DNA of 64,000 bases from Selaginella moellendorffii (lineage: Eukaryota; Plantae; Lycopodiophyta). The number at the start of each line of letters is the position of its first letter. The first letter of the stretch is position 1. Shown here piece after piece: positions 50,270-63,324 of this stretch. Under the pieces are notes generated by a model. That model saw nothing but the letters and a program-made list of their open reading frames with translations. It ran no database searches and was not told the origin of the DNA. Location: the NCBI RefSeq assembly GCF_000143415.4, contig NW_003314330.1, forward strand, positions 310,001 through 374,000. Reading direction: 5' to 3'. The position numbers were made by a program, and so were the translations under genes.

Positions 50270-53200
50270 GCCGCTCGCAAAATGCTGCTCCAAATCCCTC
50301 ACATTCTTGTCCTGGATTCCGATTCACGACAAACCTCACTCTGCGCAATGGCGCTGCGAGCAGCGCCGGGCGGACGATTCTTGAGCGAGGCGAGGAGATT
50401 GTGATTGCGATTCCCTAGGCGTGCCGCAGCAATCGGTAGCGACGATCCAGAGCGCCTCAGCACCTCCATCGCTTCTTCTTGTGCTCGAGCCCTAGCGCCA
50501 AACGAAAAATACCCAGGTCCCTTGTCATCTCGATCCAACGGCTCTCACAACCCTAATTCCGGAATCGGAAGCCATGGCTGCTGGCCATGGCTAGTCCTTT
50601 ATCTCCTTTGGCTCGCCTTCGCCGATCCCAGCCGTTGGATCATCTTACTCTTCCGGAAGACCGAATCCCAACCATCCACAATATTATGGTTTCTCATGCA
50701 ATTAGGTTTTCTTGTAAGTTGTTAAAAGGAATATGTAGTTGCACTCTAAACTTACTAGAAAGAAGTATTTACTCATATGCAAAGGTAAGGTAAAATTATA
50801 TGTCTTTCATATTTTTTGATTTTCAGTCTTTATTTATTTTTGTGTTTATTATTTTTTGTTGTTACTTTACCTAGCTAGGGTAATACATATATATACATAT
50901 ATATATTTACAAACCTTACAAGTTTATTTTTTTATATTCTTTCTTTATTATTGTTTCTAGCTTTCAACCACATAGAACCCAAATTAATATCCTTTAATTA
51001 TTTTTGTGACGTAATACATTCAAAAATATATATATATTTAATTATGGAAAAAGTAAATATTAAAATTATCCCTTATTAATAATATTTAAAATAAAAAATA
51101 TTTAATTTATTGCAGATTTTAAAAAATAGTTTAACTCAATAAATCGAGTACTTAATATTTTAATGAATATCATATACTCAATAAAATTAATTTATATAAG
51201 TTATTTATAACTAAGGGTATTTATTGCAAAATAATTAAATATAGATTCTATTAAAGTTAGAAATTAGCAAAATAATTAAAAGATATGAACCTTAGTTACA
51301 TGGTTATATATAACTTTAAATTGTAATATAGTTCTTTGCATTATCATGCAATTTTTCTTAATAAACTATTAAATATTAATATTTAATTTATTATAGATTT
51401 TAAAAGTAGTTTAAATCTATAAATTATTTTAATAATTTTATAAATACCATATGTATTTATTTAGTATAATTAGTTTATATAAGTTTTTGAACAATTAGTC
51501 TTTAGTGTACTTGTAAACTTATTTTCTTAATAATATTAATAAACTACAATACTAAAAATAATAGATAAACTTATAAATCATAATAAAAATTTATAATATT
51601 AAACTTACATCGCACAAATTAAAATAGTCATATATTTTATATTTATTATACACTTTCTAAACAATATACTAAGCTTAAAATAATTTCAGGCTAAATCTAT
51701 ATTCAGTTACTGAATACTAAATATTTTTTATTAATAAAATAAAATAATTATCATTAATATACATAGTAGAGTTTGTAAATACATATATGTATACACATAT
51801 ATTATTTTGCCTAGGTAATATATTAATTATAGTACTAAAGTATATGGACTATCTATTTGAGATTGAATCTAATCAATCTATTCTTATATATATCTAAACC
51901 CTAATTAATATACTTATTCTTGGTGAAAGTGAGGGACACTACAATTTGTCCTTGAAGAGCAAAGTATTTTAGCAATGCTTTGCTCAAGTGTTTGGGATTC
52001 TTGTTTTTATTCTTGTTTCTTCATTCTTTTTAAATTTAAATTGTTATTAACTATTTGTAAGATCTAGAATTTTAGATATTACTGTGTTTAAATCTATTCT
52101 TTCTTCTGATCTTCATTGCATTCTCTTCTCCCACCATGTTACACCATTATTGATTAAGGAATGTCACTTAAGGCTGCTAATATTGCTTCATTAGATCGAA
52201 CTTTTAGTGTTGTAAAGTGTGATAATGTTAGTGTTGCACCCATTCTTGGTGTGTTATCATCTCTAACTTTTGTGGAATGTGATTACACAATTTGTTCTGT
52301 TCTTGGTGTTCTGCCATCTCTTGTTAATATGGAGTATAATTGTGACATTAGGCGAGTTACGGATGATGTAGTTTAGTTTTTGGAGAATGTTCTAGGATCA
52401 AATTTATGGAAAGGCAATGTGTATGAGCTTAAGTGGATTTTATATTGTTTTAACAAGCTTAATTATTATGAAGATAGCTTTGGAGATGAAGTGGAAATTT
52501 CATAAAGTAAGTGTCAATCCTTCAATCTACTATTTGATCATTTCTTTTTACCTTCTACTCTTTTTTAACCTTTTTTTATTTTTCAACTTAAGCCACCTTA
52601 TCATGTTTTTAGTATATTTTTCTCATTTGTAGTGTTTTCTTTTCCTAACACATCGATCATTTGTGACTCTCATAATTCTTATTTTCAATCTAGTGTTGAG
52701 GTGAGTGTTTTATATCTTCTTCATACTAATCTAAATGTTATATATATGCATAAAGTTGAGAATCTTGCTTTTGTTTCATTAGTAGAGTCTTTGATTAGTT
52801 CTAGCATTAAGTATTCCCTGTTCCAAAAGTTAAATCACTTTGGCTAAAGTTTTAATTTGAGTGCATATCCCTAATTGTGAGTACTATTGATAACCTTTGT
52901 TTTATTGTTGTTATTGAGGAGTTTATGTGTTCTTTTGAGAGTGTAAACATTTCTATGAATTTTCTTGTTTCAAGTGTTGAGTTATGTGTTGAAGAGGTTG
53001 AACAGTATGAATATTTTTTTAATATTATAGTGGCCGAAGTATTTTATGATAGAAAGTCTCTTATTTTCTAAACTTTGAGCACATATGTTTCTTTTGATTT
53101 TCCTATTTCTGAATTGCTAATTATTTTAAATTCTTTTTCTAATGCTTCTTTATCCACTTTTTCTTATTCTACAATGGTTTTTTTCTCAATTCTTTTTGTT

Positions 53201-53419
53201 TTCTTCTTTTTGCCCCGACATTTCAAACATTCTTTTCTTTGGAAGAGGGGGTAGAAGGGATAGATGGGAGTCCGGCCCTAATGATAAAATAAGGACAATT
53301 AAATATAATAGTGGAGTAAAGATGAACAACATAGATTGTGGAGTGAGGATAAACATAACAAGTTTAAACATAACATTTAGCCTTGATATAGTGAAGTCAA
53401 ATAAATGTGATAGTGGAAT

Positions 53420-53552
53420 GAGATTATAAGCAACTAAAGGGAACGACTCGAGAGGCGATCCACAAAGGTTCAAATATAGAGGGAAAGGGCCTATGAACAA
53501 GAGTGCACCCTTTTTTTTAATCGGTTAAGAGTCTTGGGATATTTGGAGTTAA
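53420..53552 (+). repeat. Dispersed repeat of about 130 bp (copies at about 4430-4560 + and 21425-21540 -)
   Basis: caactaaag..ttcaaatat..aagagtgca..aatcggttaa..gatatttgg.gtt shared; the 21.4 kb copy is more degenerate. Confidence 0.65.
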
Positions 53553-53559
53553 ACGTCTT

Positions 53560-53812
53560 TGGAGTCCGAGATGGACCTGAGATGGAATCCGAGATGGAGT
53601 CCGAGATGGACCCGAGATGGAGTCCGAGATGGACCCGAGATGGAATCTGAGATGGAGTTCGAGAAGGACCCGAGTCCGAGGTCGAGACCGAGACCGGGAC
53701 CGAGACTGAGACCGAGACCGGGACCGAGCCTGAGCCCGAGCCCGAGTTCGAGTCCGAGTCCGAGTCCGAGTCCGAGTCCGAGTTCGAGTCCGAGTCTGAG
53801 TCCGAGTTCAAG
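53560..53812. repeat. Tandem 12-bp (GAGTCCGAGATG-like) and 6-bp (GAGTCC/GAGACC) arrays
   Basis: Visible directly; gives low-complexity ES/PS/RP frames at the 5' end of the Gypsy element. Confidence 0.85.
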
Positions 53813-56800
53813 TTTGAGAGGGTGAAAGCCCAAAGCGTTCATCTCCCAGACCTTGGGGGGTTTGGTGAGCTCCAAAAGTATAGTAGGGGGAGGACTGCAG
53901 TGGAGCTAGTTTGGCCAGGAAAGGCTAGTTTGGCCCAGGAAGGCCAGACCCAGTGTTGGGTGATGAATTGACCACTGGGAAGTCCAAGATTAGAGTGAAT
54001 ACGGACCGACAAGCGGGGTAGCTTAGTGAAGTGTTCAAGAGCTGGCTCTAGTTCCCCTGGGAGATCGACTGGCCGATGCTCCCAGTCCAAGTGTGGGTGG
54101 CACTACCTACTTGGATACCTGGTGTGGCTCAACGGAACCTTGCTCTACACCCATGGCTAGAGCACCTAAAGGCAGAAGGCGGGGAGGTACCCACGAGGCT
54201 TGCGTAAGGCCACAGTGTTCTGAAATGTTGTCCCAAAAGCCCAGACTGTGGAAAGGAAGAGGAGTAGTCCTCTGGTGTAGTGACCAAGGATACAGTCGTG
54301 CGGTGAGGAAGTCCCAGAGGACCATGGGACTTAGGGGTTGGGCCTGTGGGCCCTGATCCAGTGGCAGTGTTGGCAAACAGGGCCAAGGACAGAAAGGGAC
54401 TTGGTGGGGACCAGAAAGGAGATATTGGGGAAGGCTATTCCCCATGTCTGCGGGCATCCTAAGGATGCTAAAGAGTGGATCTGGGATGACCACTCATGGA
54501 CGGATAGCCTAATCTTGGAAAGACGGGATTGCAATGTAGGTGGTGTTGGACCACCGATGTGACCAAAGTGATTGGGCATGGCCTAGCGTAACAGGCTAGT
54601 ATGTTGGTGGTGCCTTGGGGTGTCAGTCATGGGACTGGACACGTGGAGCACTGGGACCAAGTGCAAAGGTTGAGTGGCATGGATGCCATTCTCGGGGCTA
54701 GCAAGCCCCAAATCCTGAGTGGGACTTATGGAGGTTGTGAATGAGACTCCTCCAAGTGGTCGAAGGTGTGGTTAAGTGACTAAAGTAGAATGGAAAAATT
54801 TAGTCGCTTACAACATGCATGTGCATGAGATGAGGCGGACCTGGTTATGCGTGTGGGCAATCTCGAGGTTGAGTTGCAGTTGTTGCAGGTGGTGCCGAGT
54901 CAGGCTTTTGACCTCATTCTTGGTATGGATTGGTTGCAGCGCAATTATGCCAAGTGTGATTTTGAGGCTTCTCCCCCTTGTCTCATACTTCCTTATGTTT
55001 CATCCATTCCTCTCACTTCCGTACCTCTTCATCCCTTTACTTTTACCTTTGCTTCCATTACTTTTGTCCCCCCACTATTTCCTCTTGTGTTTCCATCTTA
55101 TTCTGCTCTTCCCTTTTCCGATCCCTTCAATGTTCTTTGTGTTGTAGTTGTTGACCGGCTCATGAAGAAGTATTCTGATCTCTTTGAATTTGACCTATCG
55201 TTTGGGGCCAAGATTGCCACACGTCATCCCATTCCAACCGGGGATGCTTATCCAATCAAGGTTCTTGTTCGTCGTTGGTCACCCAAGGAGATTAAGATTT
55301 TACGTGCAAACGTCAAGAAGATGTTGGAGAAGGGTGTTATTCAGAAGTCACGGAGTCCTTAGGCATGTGAATCTCATCTTGTGACGAAGCCTGATGGGAG
55401 TATTCGTTTCAGCATCGACTATCGTTTGTTAAATGAAATGACAATCCCGGATATGTACCCTCTTCCTCACACTGCTGATCTCTTGGATCGTCTAGGGCGA
55501 AGTCGTTGGTTCACCAAGCTAGATCTTGCTTCTGGGTACTGGCAAATACCAATGGCTGACAAAGATATTCTTAAAACTACTTTTCGTACATCGTTTGGTT
55601 TGTACGAGTTCTTGGTGATGTCGTTTGGTTTGAACAATGCTCTAGCAACTTTCCAATGGATGATGGACGAGGTTCTTTGTGATATGCCAGAGGTGGCTGC
55701 TGACTTCATTCATAATGTCTTGATTCATTCGGAGGGGACGTGGGCGGAGCACATTCATGATGTGTGTAAAGTGTTGGATCGGTTACAGGATGTTAGTTTA
55801 AAGCTGAAGCGGTCAAAGTGCATGTTTGGGTTCAAGGACACAACTTATTTTGGGTACCGTATTTCTCGTGAGGGTTTGCAAGTTGATCCTGATAAACTTA
55901 TAGCCGTTCTAAAGTTCCCTACTCCGAAGTGTGTGAATGATGTGCAGCGCTTCTTGGGCAAGGTGCAGTATCTCGGTCGTTTTGTGGATCATCTTTCTGA
56001 TTGCATTGCACCGTTGCGAGTGTTGCTGAAGTCATCAACGTCATCTTTCATCTAGTCTTCAGATTGTGAGCGGGCGTTTGTAGATCTCAAGGAGTTGTTG
56101 ACGACTCCTCCGGTTTTGACATATCCTGACTACACTCGACCTTTTATTTTGCGTGTTGATGCTTCTGATATTGGTCTTGGAGGTGTGTTAATGCAAGAGA
56201 GCTCGAGTGTACCTGGTCAGCGTCATCCCATTGCATATATAAGCCGTATGTTACAACCAGCAGAGGTGAACTACTTAACGACAGAGAAGGAGTGTTTAGC
56301 GGCAATTTGGGGTTTCAAGAAACTTCATGCATATCTATATAGTTCTCGGACATTACTTGAAAGTGACCATGTTGCCGTTATTTCATTATTAAAGCGGAAG
56401 AACCTGGTTGGTCGTACTGCTCGGTGGGCTTGAAAGCTTCAGATATATAATTTTGATGTTGTTCATCTCCCAGGGAGTTCTATGGTTGATGCTGATGCCC
56501 TTTCTCGAGCTCCTGTTCCTTCTCCACTCTCTTCTCATGTTTCTAATGAGCCTGTTGTTCTAGCATCTGTGGATTTTCTAGACGAGGATTCTGTGCCGAC
56601 GGCGGTTGCTGTACTTGACGTTTAGTGTCCACAAGGTGCAGAGCAACATCTACCTTCTCTTGATGAGGTTTGCGAGGCTCAAAAGATTGAGCCGTGGATT
56701 CGAAGGCTTTGAGATGCGTTTAAGGATTCTGCCTCACTTGCTGATGACTTGCCTTTTCGGCATTTACATTCTCAATATCGCCTTGAAAATGGCCTTCTTT

Positions 56801-58046
56801 ATTTTGTGGGGATGGATCCTAATGATCATTTACAGCTGGTGGTGCCTTTTGTCTTTATTCCGCAGTTTCTCCATGCCTACCATGATTCTCTTGTTCTAGG
56901 TGGGCAAATGGGACATCGTCATGTGACTAAGAAGCTGCGCAGGTCTTTCTATGAGCCAGAGATGTGATGTGATGTTATCCGATATGTGCGTAGCTGCGTT
57001 TGGTGCTAAGCTTGTAATACTTCCCCTCGTGCTGCGGAAAGACAGTTGGAGTCAATTGTGGTTTCCCGTCCGTTTGAGTTAGTGGCATTTGATCTTATGG
57101 GACCTTTTCCACGGTCGCCTGCTGGCAATGAGTATGTTATTATTGCTTCTGATTACTTGACTCGTTGGGTGGAAGTTGGTGCTCTTGCTAATGCCTCTGC
57201 AACTGTTGTTGGATACTTCCTCCTTAATCGAGTGGTGTTCCAGCATTCTTGTCTGGAGCAGATTCTTTCGGATAATGGTCCTGCATTTATGGCTGAGGTA
57301 TTTCATGTTTTGATGTCTCGATTGGGCATATGCCACATTTTTACGAGTGCTTATCATCCACAATCAGACGGTCTGGTGGAACGGCTCGTTCGGACATTCA
57401 AAGGGATGATTGCGAAGTATGTGAACTTTTAGCATTCGGATTGGAATGGTTATTTGCCGTCTCTTCGGTATGCCTATGTCACAGGGGTGCAGAGTTCTGT
57501 TGGTGCTTTACCATATAAACTTTTATATGGTCATGATCCAATATTACCAACGGAGCTAGGTTTACCTTCGCAATTGCCACGAGCTCCTAATGCTAGGTCA
57601 TGGGATCAATATTTAATGAGCATTCTTCCACTTGTCTGAGTAGAGTCTGCCGAACACTTAGGCCACGTACAAGTGGGACAACAACGGCATTACAACTCCC
57701 ATCATCATCCACTTGCAGAGTACAAAGTGGATGATTTGGTGTTAGTTCGTTTTCCCCATTTTACGATATGTGGTTTATCTAAGGGGCTCCTTGTGCAGTG
57801 GAAAGGACCATATCGGGTGTTGTGGCAAGTTGGACTGCAAGTTTATGAGGTTTGGCATAATGTCCAACAGACCGATCCTCTAGAGATTGTGCATGTGCAG
57901 TGGTTGAAAAGCTTCATACAAAGGGATCAAGAGTAGTTAATGTCGTCTACAAATCCGCTGATGCCTCCTCCTGACGCTCCTCCAGATCCCGGCCCATCTA
58001 CAAGAGAACCCTAATAGCCTTCCATTATTCCGAGAGGAGGGGATGA

Positions 58047-58221
58047 TGTGAGGGCCAAGTGTATAGCTACAATGCCGTATACTAATATTAGTGTAATGGG
58101 ATTTTGGTAGCTGTCGGATTAGTTTCAATCCGGACCACTCACTCCTGTATATAAGCTAGGGGTTTTGGGCTAATTGATATGCACATTTCTGTATTCCCTT
58201 TCTATATTCTAGGCACTCACA
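58047..58221 (+). repeat. Short 175-bp 3' LTR, family B
   Basis: TGTGAG...CTCACA inverted termini directly after the PPT; internal TATATAA. Confidence 0.8.
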
Positions 58222-58261
58222 GAACTAAATATATTATTATTAATAATATTTTTATATATGT

Positions 58262-58351
58262 ATATGTAGACATAGACATACATACATACATACATACACA
58301 TATATAAATAAATAAATAAATAAATATATAAATATATAAATAAATAAATAA

Positions 58352-58402
<51 letters not shown>
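58262..58402. repeat. Compound microsatellite (TACA)n-(TAAA)n-(TA)n
   Basis: Visible directly. Confidence 0.9.
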
Positions 58403-58405
<3 letters not shown>

Positions 58406-59286
58406 AATATCTTATATTTCTTTGTTGAAGAATTTTAAATTTTAAGTAAGAGCATGAAATATTTTTTATATAGTTGCAAAAGTTTAATCTTTAACAATTA
58501 AAATACGGTTATATTAGCATTCACATTATAATAATGCTACATGAAAATTTTGTGTGAGTCTTTATAGTGTATAATAATCACAAAAGTTATATATATTTTA
58601 AAAATAAAAATTTATATAATTTTTAATATTATACTTTATATATTTTAAGACACTATAATATGGTTATTTGTGAATTTTTAATATTAAATATATTTTTTAA
58701 AATTTTAAGTTGTTTATCAAAACATTCGGATGTATTTTTTAATTTTGTATCTTCAACGAAATTAATATTTGAGATCACGCTTCGTTTTTTATAATTATCA
58801 TATTTAATTTTTTGTATAATTAAAATTTTATCTAGTTATAAAATAATAATTATTAAATTTAAAAATTACTAAAGATCATATATTTTAATGAGTATAAATG
58901 GTGAAAGTCCATATTAAAAGTCCCTACCAAAATGTTAAAGATAGTAAATATTGTTGTATTATGTATTTAATTTAAGTTGAGTACTATGATGGATTAAGAT
59001 TAAACATTCATTCTATTAAACAAAATAATCTAAAATTTATTTTGTATTCTATCACAAAATTTAAATAAATATAAATATTATTTAAAATACACAAATATTG
59101 ATTTACTGCTATATACACTAAATTATTAAGTTATAAGCAGTGTTAATATAAATGTCAAATATCGCTATGTGTTACTTCCAGGATCATCATATCAATGATA
59201 AATTCCGTTAAATACATTTTATAATATAACTTCAGATTTTAACTATTGAGAACATTGTTTTGTTTTTCTTCTTATAGCTAGGGTTT

Positions 59287-60766
59287 ATGGAGATCGAGAA
59301 TGGCGGAAAGGAGGTACTTTGTCCATTTGATCTTAAGAGTGCCCAGAATGCTTGCTCGTGTTTCTTTCTAGCTTTGCGATTCGACGCTTGTGGATCCGAG
59401 CTATGTCATCCATCTTATTCGCGAGATGATTCCTCAAAGCTCTTGCGATGAATTCGATGCAACAGAAGACACTGCAAAGGATGATCCAAGCGCAGAAGCT
59501 GGCTGTGTTTTGTGGGACTTGGCAGCGAACGATTCCCTTGCGAAGCTCATGGTTAGTTTTCGTCCGTTCCTCCAGTGTGTTTCCTTTAGTTCTTGTTTAT
59601 TTTTCTCGTGAAGTGATTCGGTGTACAGGTCGATAACTACATCCTCGATGTCATACTGGGCATTTTGCAAGCACCAAAGTCTGATAGAATCCGGGTTTGG
59701 TTTTTTCTTTTTTCTTTTTTCTTTTTGTTTTGAGATTTGAATAGCTCGTAAACCAAGTTTCTGTCAGGAGATTTGCCTGGGAATTCTTGGAAACTTGGCG
59801 TTTCACGAGGAACTCAGTGGAGTCATTGCTGAGAATCGAGAATTGCTATCCACAGTGGTGCTGCAGCTCTTTGTCACAGACGCTCAAACTCTAGTAGAAA
59901 CATGCAGGCAAGGGTTCTCAAGAAACGCTACTTTGGCCTGTGTTATAACTCATGCTCTTGTTTCACAGGTTGATCAACGTTGGGCTACACAGCAAGCAAA
60001 TCGAGAACTGGATTGGCGAGATAAACACGCAAGAGACCCTGGAGCACATACTTTGGATTGCAGAGAACACGCTCAATGAGCAGCTGGTAGAGAAAGTTTT
60101 GGAGCTCCTGCTCACGATGGTGGACAGCGAGAAGAAAACGGCCGCGGTGTTTCTTCCGGGCCTTGTCAAGTCGGGCATTGTGAGTCTGCTAGCAAAACTC
60201 ACGACCTCCCAAGTCGAGGGGATCACGCAAGGCAGCATTTTGACTGGGTAGGCATATTGGTTCTTACAAGTTTATAGCTCCGTTTTTAACCTTTTGTTCT
60301 TGACAGAAGTGTTCTTGAGTCTTTGCTTCAACTCGCTCTCGAGGTATCTCTCTCGGATGAGTTCTCCGGATCCATCGCGGACGACAATGAACTGAAAGCC
60401 GCAGTCTTTCAAGTTGTCCACCTTTCTTGGAAGGACGAAGTAGTTCTTTTGAGATTTTTCTTCCCCGTTTGATCGACTGCTTTTGATTGCAGGTCGGAGT
60501 GGCAGCAGTAACGGCGATGGTCTTGGTTGCCAACCTTCTTTCGCAGAAGCCAGCCCTTGCCAAGGAACTTTGCGAAGGTAAAATCATCGACCCAAACGTT
60601 TGATATTTCTCTGTTTTTCTCAGATGCTGGTTTTATGGAGCGCTTGCTAGCTCTCAAGCCTCTAACTGAGAACGACGACGCTGCCTGCAATGCTCTCTCG
60701 AGTATTATCCAGAGAATCGAACAACAGAAGCGGGAAAGTATCTTAGAGGCTCAAAGAATTCGATAG
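59287..60766 (+). CDS. SAAL1: SAAL1-like ARM-fold protein; multi-exon
   Basis: VDPSYVIHLIREM; EAGCVLWDLA; RIREICLGILGNLA; LVETCRL; ILWIAENTLNEQLVEK. Confidence 0.8.
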
Positions 60767-62857
60767 CACGACAAAGGCAGCAGGGTGGCGAGGCTCCAGG
60801 TCGAGCACTCTTCGAGCAGCTCTCCTCGCCAACTCCATATCGCCATGAACTCCATAAGCCGAGAGAAGCGACGTCCACATTGCAGCACTCACAGCAACCG
60901 GCATGGCCCTTCGCAAACCCAGCAAAAACTCTTCGGCCTCAGCGAGCTTCCCAGCACGGCCCAGAAGATCAACCACGCAGCCGTAGTGCTCCTCCTTGAC
61001 CGCCAAACGCTTGTCCTCCACCAGCGCCGCGAAGAACTTGCAACCATCCTCCAGAAGCCCGGCGTGGGTGCAAGCCAGGAGAAGTCCCACGTAAGTTAGG
61101 CTATCGGGTTCCACTCCCTCGAGCTGCATTTCCCGGACCAAGCTCGGAGCTCGGCCACTGAATCCGTGCTGTGCGTGCCCGGCTATCAGCGCATTCCAGG
61201 TAGCCGAGTTCCTTCTCCCAGCCATGGTGCTGAAAACTTGGTATGCTTCCTCCAGGCTACCACACTTGGAGTACATGTCGACGAGAGCGCTGGCGACGAC
61301 CACGTCCGAGTGGAGTCCTCGCTGCCGGATCTGTTCGTGGAGGCGGCGACCGAGTGGGAGAGCCGAGGCCGTGACGCAGGCAGCGAGAGTGGTGATGAAA
61401 GTGATCCGGTCAGGCTTAAGTTCCATCCGGTGGAAGAAGATCTCGAGTGCCGTGGAGGAGTTGGCGTTGTCGACGTGAGCCGCGATGAGAACGTTCCAAG
61501 CGACGAGGTCCGGCTCGTGGATACGCTGGAAAGCTGCGGTGGCGGCGTCGAGGCGGCGGGACTTTGAGTAGAAGTTGACGAGCGCGGTGGCGACGATAGT
61601 ATCGGTTTCCAAGCTCGACTCGGAGATGATCCCGTGAAGAGCTCGGCCAGTGGGGAAATCTTCCAGAGCTGTGCAAGCATCGATCGTGGACACGAAAGTT
61701 ATGGCGTCCGATGGGACTCCTTGGAGCTGCATGGTCCGGAAGAGCAGCAGAGCGTCCGAGAAGTCGTGGTTTTGGACGAGAGCTGCGATAATCGCGTTCC
61801 AAACTACCGGATTTCTTTCATGGCAATGGAAGTTCTCGCGGAAGATCTCTCGAGCATGCGCGACGCTTCCACACTTCGCAAACATGGTGACGAGAGAGGT
61901 GGCGAGCACGGCGTCGTAGATCAAAGTTCTTCCACCTCCGAGCTCGCGCGCACAGCGATGGAGGAGCTCTCCATCGCGCAGCGGCGATGGAGCGGCCAGT
62001 CCAGACGCAAGGTTGACGAAGGTGGTGGCGTCGGCTTTGATCCCTTCGAGCATCATCGCGTGAAACATTGCCAGAGGATGGAGACGATCGAGCTGAGAGT
62101 GCGCAGAGATCATCACGTTCCAGCTCACGACGTTCTTGCTTTGGATCCTTGCGAAGGCCAGGCGAGCTCGATCGAGATCCCGGCAGCGAGCATACATGTT
62201 TACGATCGAGTTCCCGACCGCCACCGTACTCGCGTCCATCGCGCTCTCCATGGCCAGAGAATGGACCGCCCTCGCGTCTGTGGAGCTCTCCTGGAAGATC
62301 GAGAGCACCGCGACGAGCGTGATGGCGTTTGGATGGATCCCGTCCAGCTGCATCCTCCGGAAGAGATCCAGCGCGTCGTGGGATCGGTTGGAGTGAGAGG
62401 TGGCTGTGATGATCGCGTTCCAGGCGATGAGATCCTTGCGAGCGATGGCCGTGAAGGCGGCCTTTGCGCGATCAAGGCTGCCGCATCTGGCGAAAGTGGT
62501 GAGGAGCGCGGTGCCAAGGACGGAGTCTCGGTGAAGGCCCAGATCGATGATCCACTGGTGGATGCGATCGCCCAGGTGGATGGAGTGGAGAGCTGTGCAG
62601 GCTGAGAGGATCTCGACGAGGGTGATGCGATTGGGAGGGATTCCATCGGCTTGCATTTGCCGCAAGAGGGTGAATGCTGCAAGGGGGTCGTTGCTGCGAG
62701 CGTAGGCTCCGATGAGGGCCGTGTACATTGCAACTGTGCTGGATGAGGGCAAGGGATCTGCGGCGTGGCGAGTGAGGAGGATGTGGCGGGCCTGAGAGAG
62801 GTGGCCGCAGCGAAGGTGGGATTCGAATGTGAATGCCGGCCATGGCAGCTTGGGCAT
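60743..62857 (-). CDS. PLS-class PPR protein with truncated E domain; intronless
   Basis: 704-aa ORF with P-L-S triplets; MYSKCGSLEEA; EHYGCVVDLLGRAGKL; ends AAFVVLSNSLSL*. Confidence 0.93.
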   Translation of the reverse strand: MPKLPWPAFTFESHLRCGHLSQARHILLTRHAADPLPSSSTVAMYTALIGAYARSNDPLAAFTLLRQMQADGIPPNRITLVEILSACTALHSIHLGDRIHQWIIDLGLHRDSVLGTALLTTFARCGSLDRAKAAFTAIARKDLIAWNAIITATSHSNRSHDALDLFRRMQLDGIHPNAITLVAVLSIFQESSTDARAVHSLAMESAMDASTVAVGNSIVNMYARCRDLDRARLAFARIQSKNVVSWNVMISAHSQLDRLHPLAMFHAMMLEGIKADATTFVNLASGLAAPSPLRDGELLHRCARELGGGRTLIYDAVLATSLVTMFAKCGSVAHAREIFRENFHCHERNPVVWNAIIAALVQNHDFSDALLLFRTMQLQGVPSDAITFVSTIDACTALEDFPTGRALHGIISESSLETDTIVATALVNFYSKSRRLDAATAAFQRIHEPDLVAWNVLIAAHVDNANSSTALEIFFHRMELKPDRITFITTLAACVTASALPLGRRLHEQIRQRGLHSDVVVASALVDMYSKCGSLEEAYQVFSTMAGRRNSATWNALIAGHAQHGFSGRAPSLVREMQLEGVEPDSLTYVGLLLACTHAGLLEDGCKFFAALVEDKRLAVKEEHYGCVVDLLGRAGKLAEAEEFLLGLRRAMPVAVSAAMWTSLLSAYGVHGDMELARRAARRVLDLEPRHPAAFVVLSNSLSL

Positions 62858-63324
62858 TTTGTTGTCGCTGCTTTCATCTTTTCAAGTCATCCATCTGATA
62901 AAGCCCAACCTTAAGAAAAGGAAACACTTCAATTAGTCCTATCTATCTATTTATCTGTAATGCTGTTTTCATTGAGGCGAGCCATTTGTTACAAGTGGAT
63001 GTTAAAGTGATTTGTTAGTTTTCTATTCTTTCTATATTTACACTAAAAATATAAACTGTAGTTTCCATAAAATCTGTTAAAATTATAAAGCAAGTAACTA
63101 TCACTATTACACATATATTAAAAACTTACAATTACATATTTACTACCGTGATAAAGATGGTTGGTGAATGTAAATTAATATACTTTAAATGCAAAATATT
63201 AGATATTATAATATACTTCAAAGTTTATTTATGAATATTATATAAATTATATCCACTAAAAATCGGATATCAATTACTTTGTAAAAAGATTTATTTTTAT
63301 TTTGGTTTTTGCTTTTCTTAGTTA

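Larger units (their letters stand above)
53553..58221 (+). mobile_element. Ty3/Gypsy retrotransposon (family B), 5' LTR not found, pol interrupted by stops
   Basis: Protease end LILGMDWL; RT KPDGSIRFSIDYRLLN..KLDLASGYWQI; RNase H LRVDASDIGLGGVL; integrase DLMGPFP..SDNG..YHPQSDGLVER; GPY motif; RT-RH-INT order; PPT GAGAGGAGGGGATGA; 3' LTR. Confidence 0.93.

Noticed and set aside
52161-52376. Imperfect ~55-60-bp repeats giving an LRR-like peptide
   Set aside because: Too short and degenerate, in an AT-rich region that looks like decayed repeat DNA.
53560-53812. Regular tandem array (CRISPR-like at a glance)
   Set aside because: 6- and 12-bp head-to-tail units with no unique spacers, inside a retrotransposon.
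61634-62605. 323-aa plus-strand ORF and similar overlapping ORFs at 26386-26988, 31845-32366 and 42524-43120
   Set aside because: Antisense shadows of GC-rich intronless genes, with no recognisable motifs.
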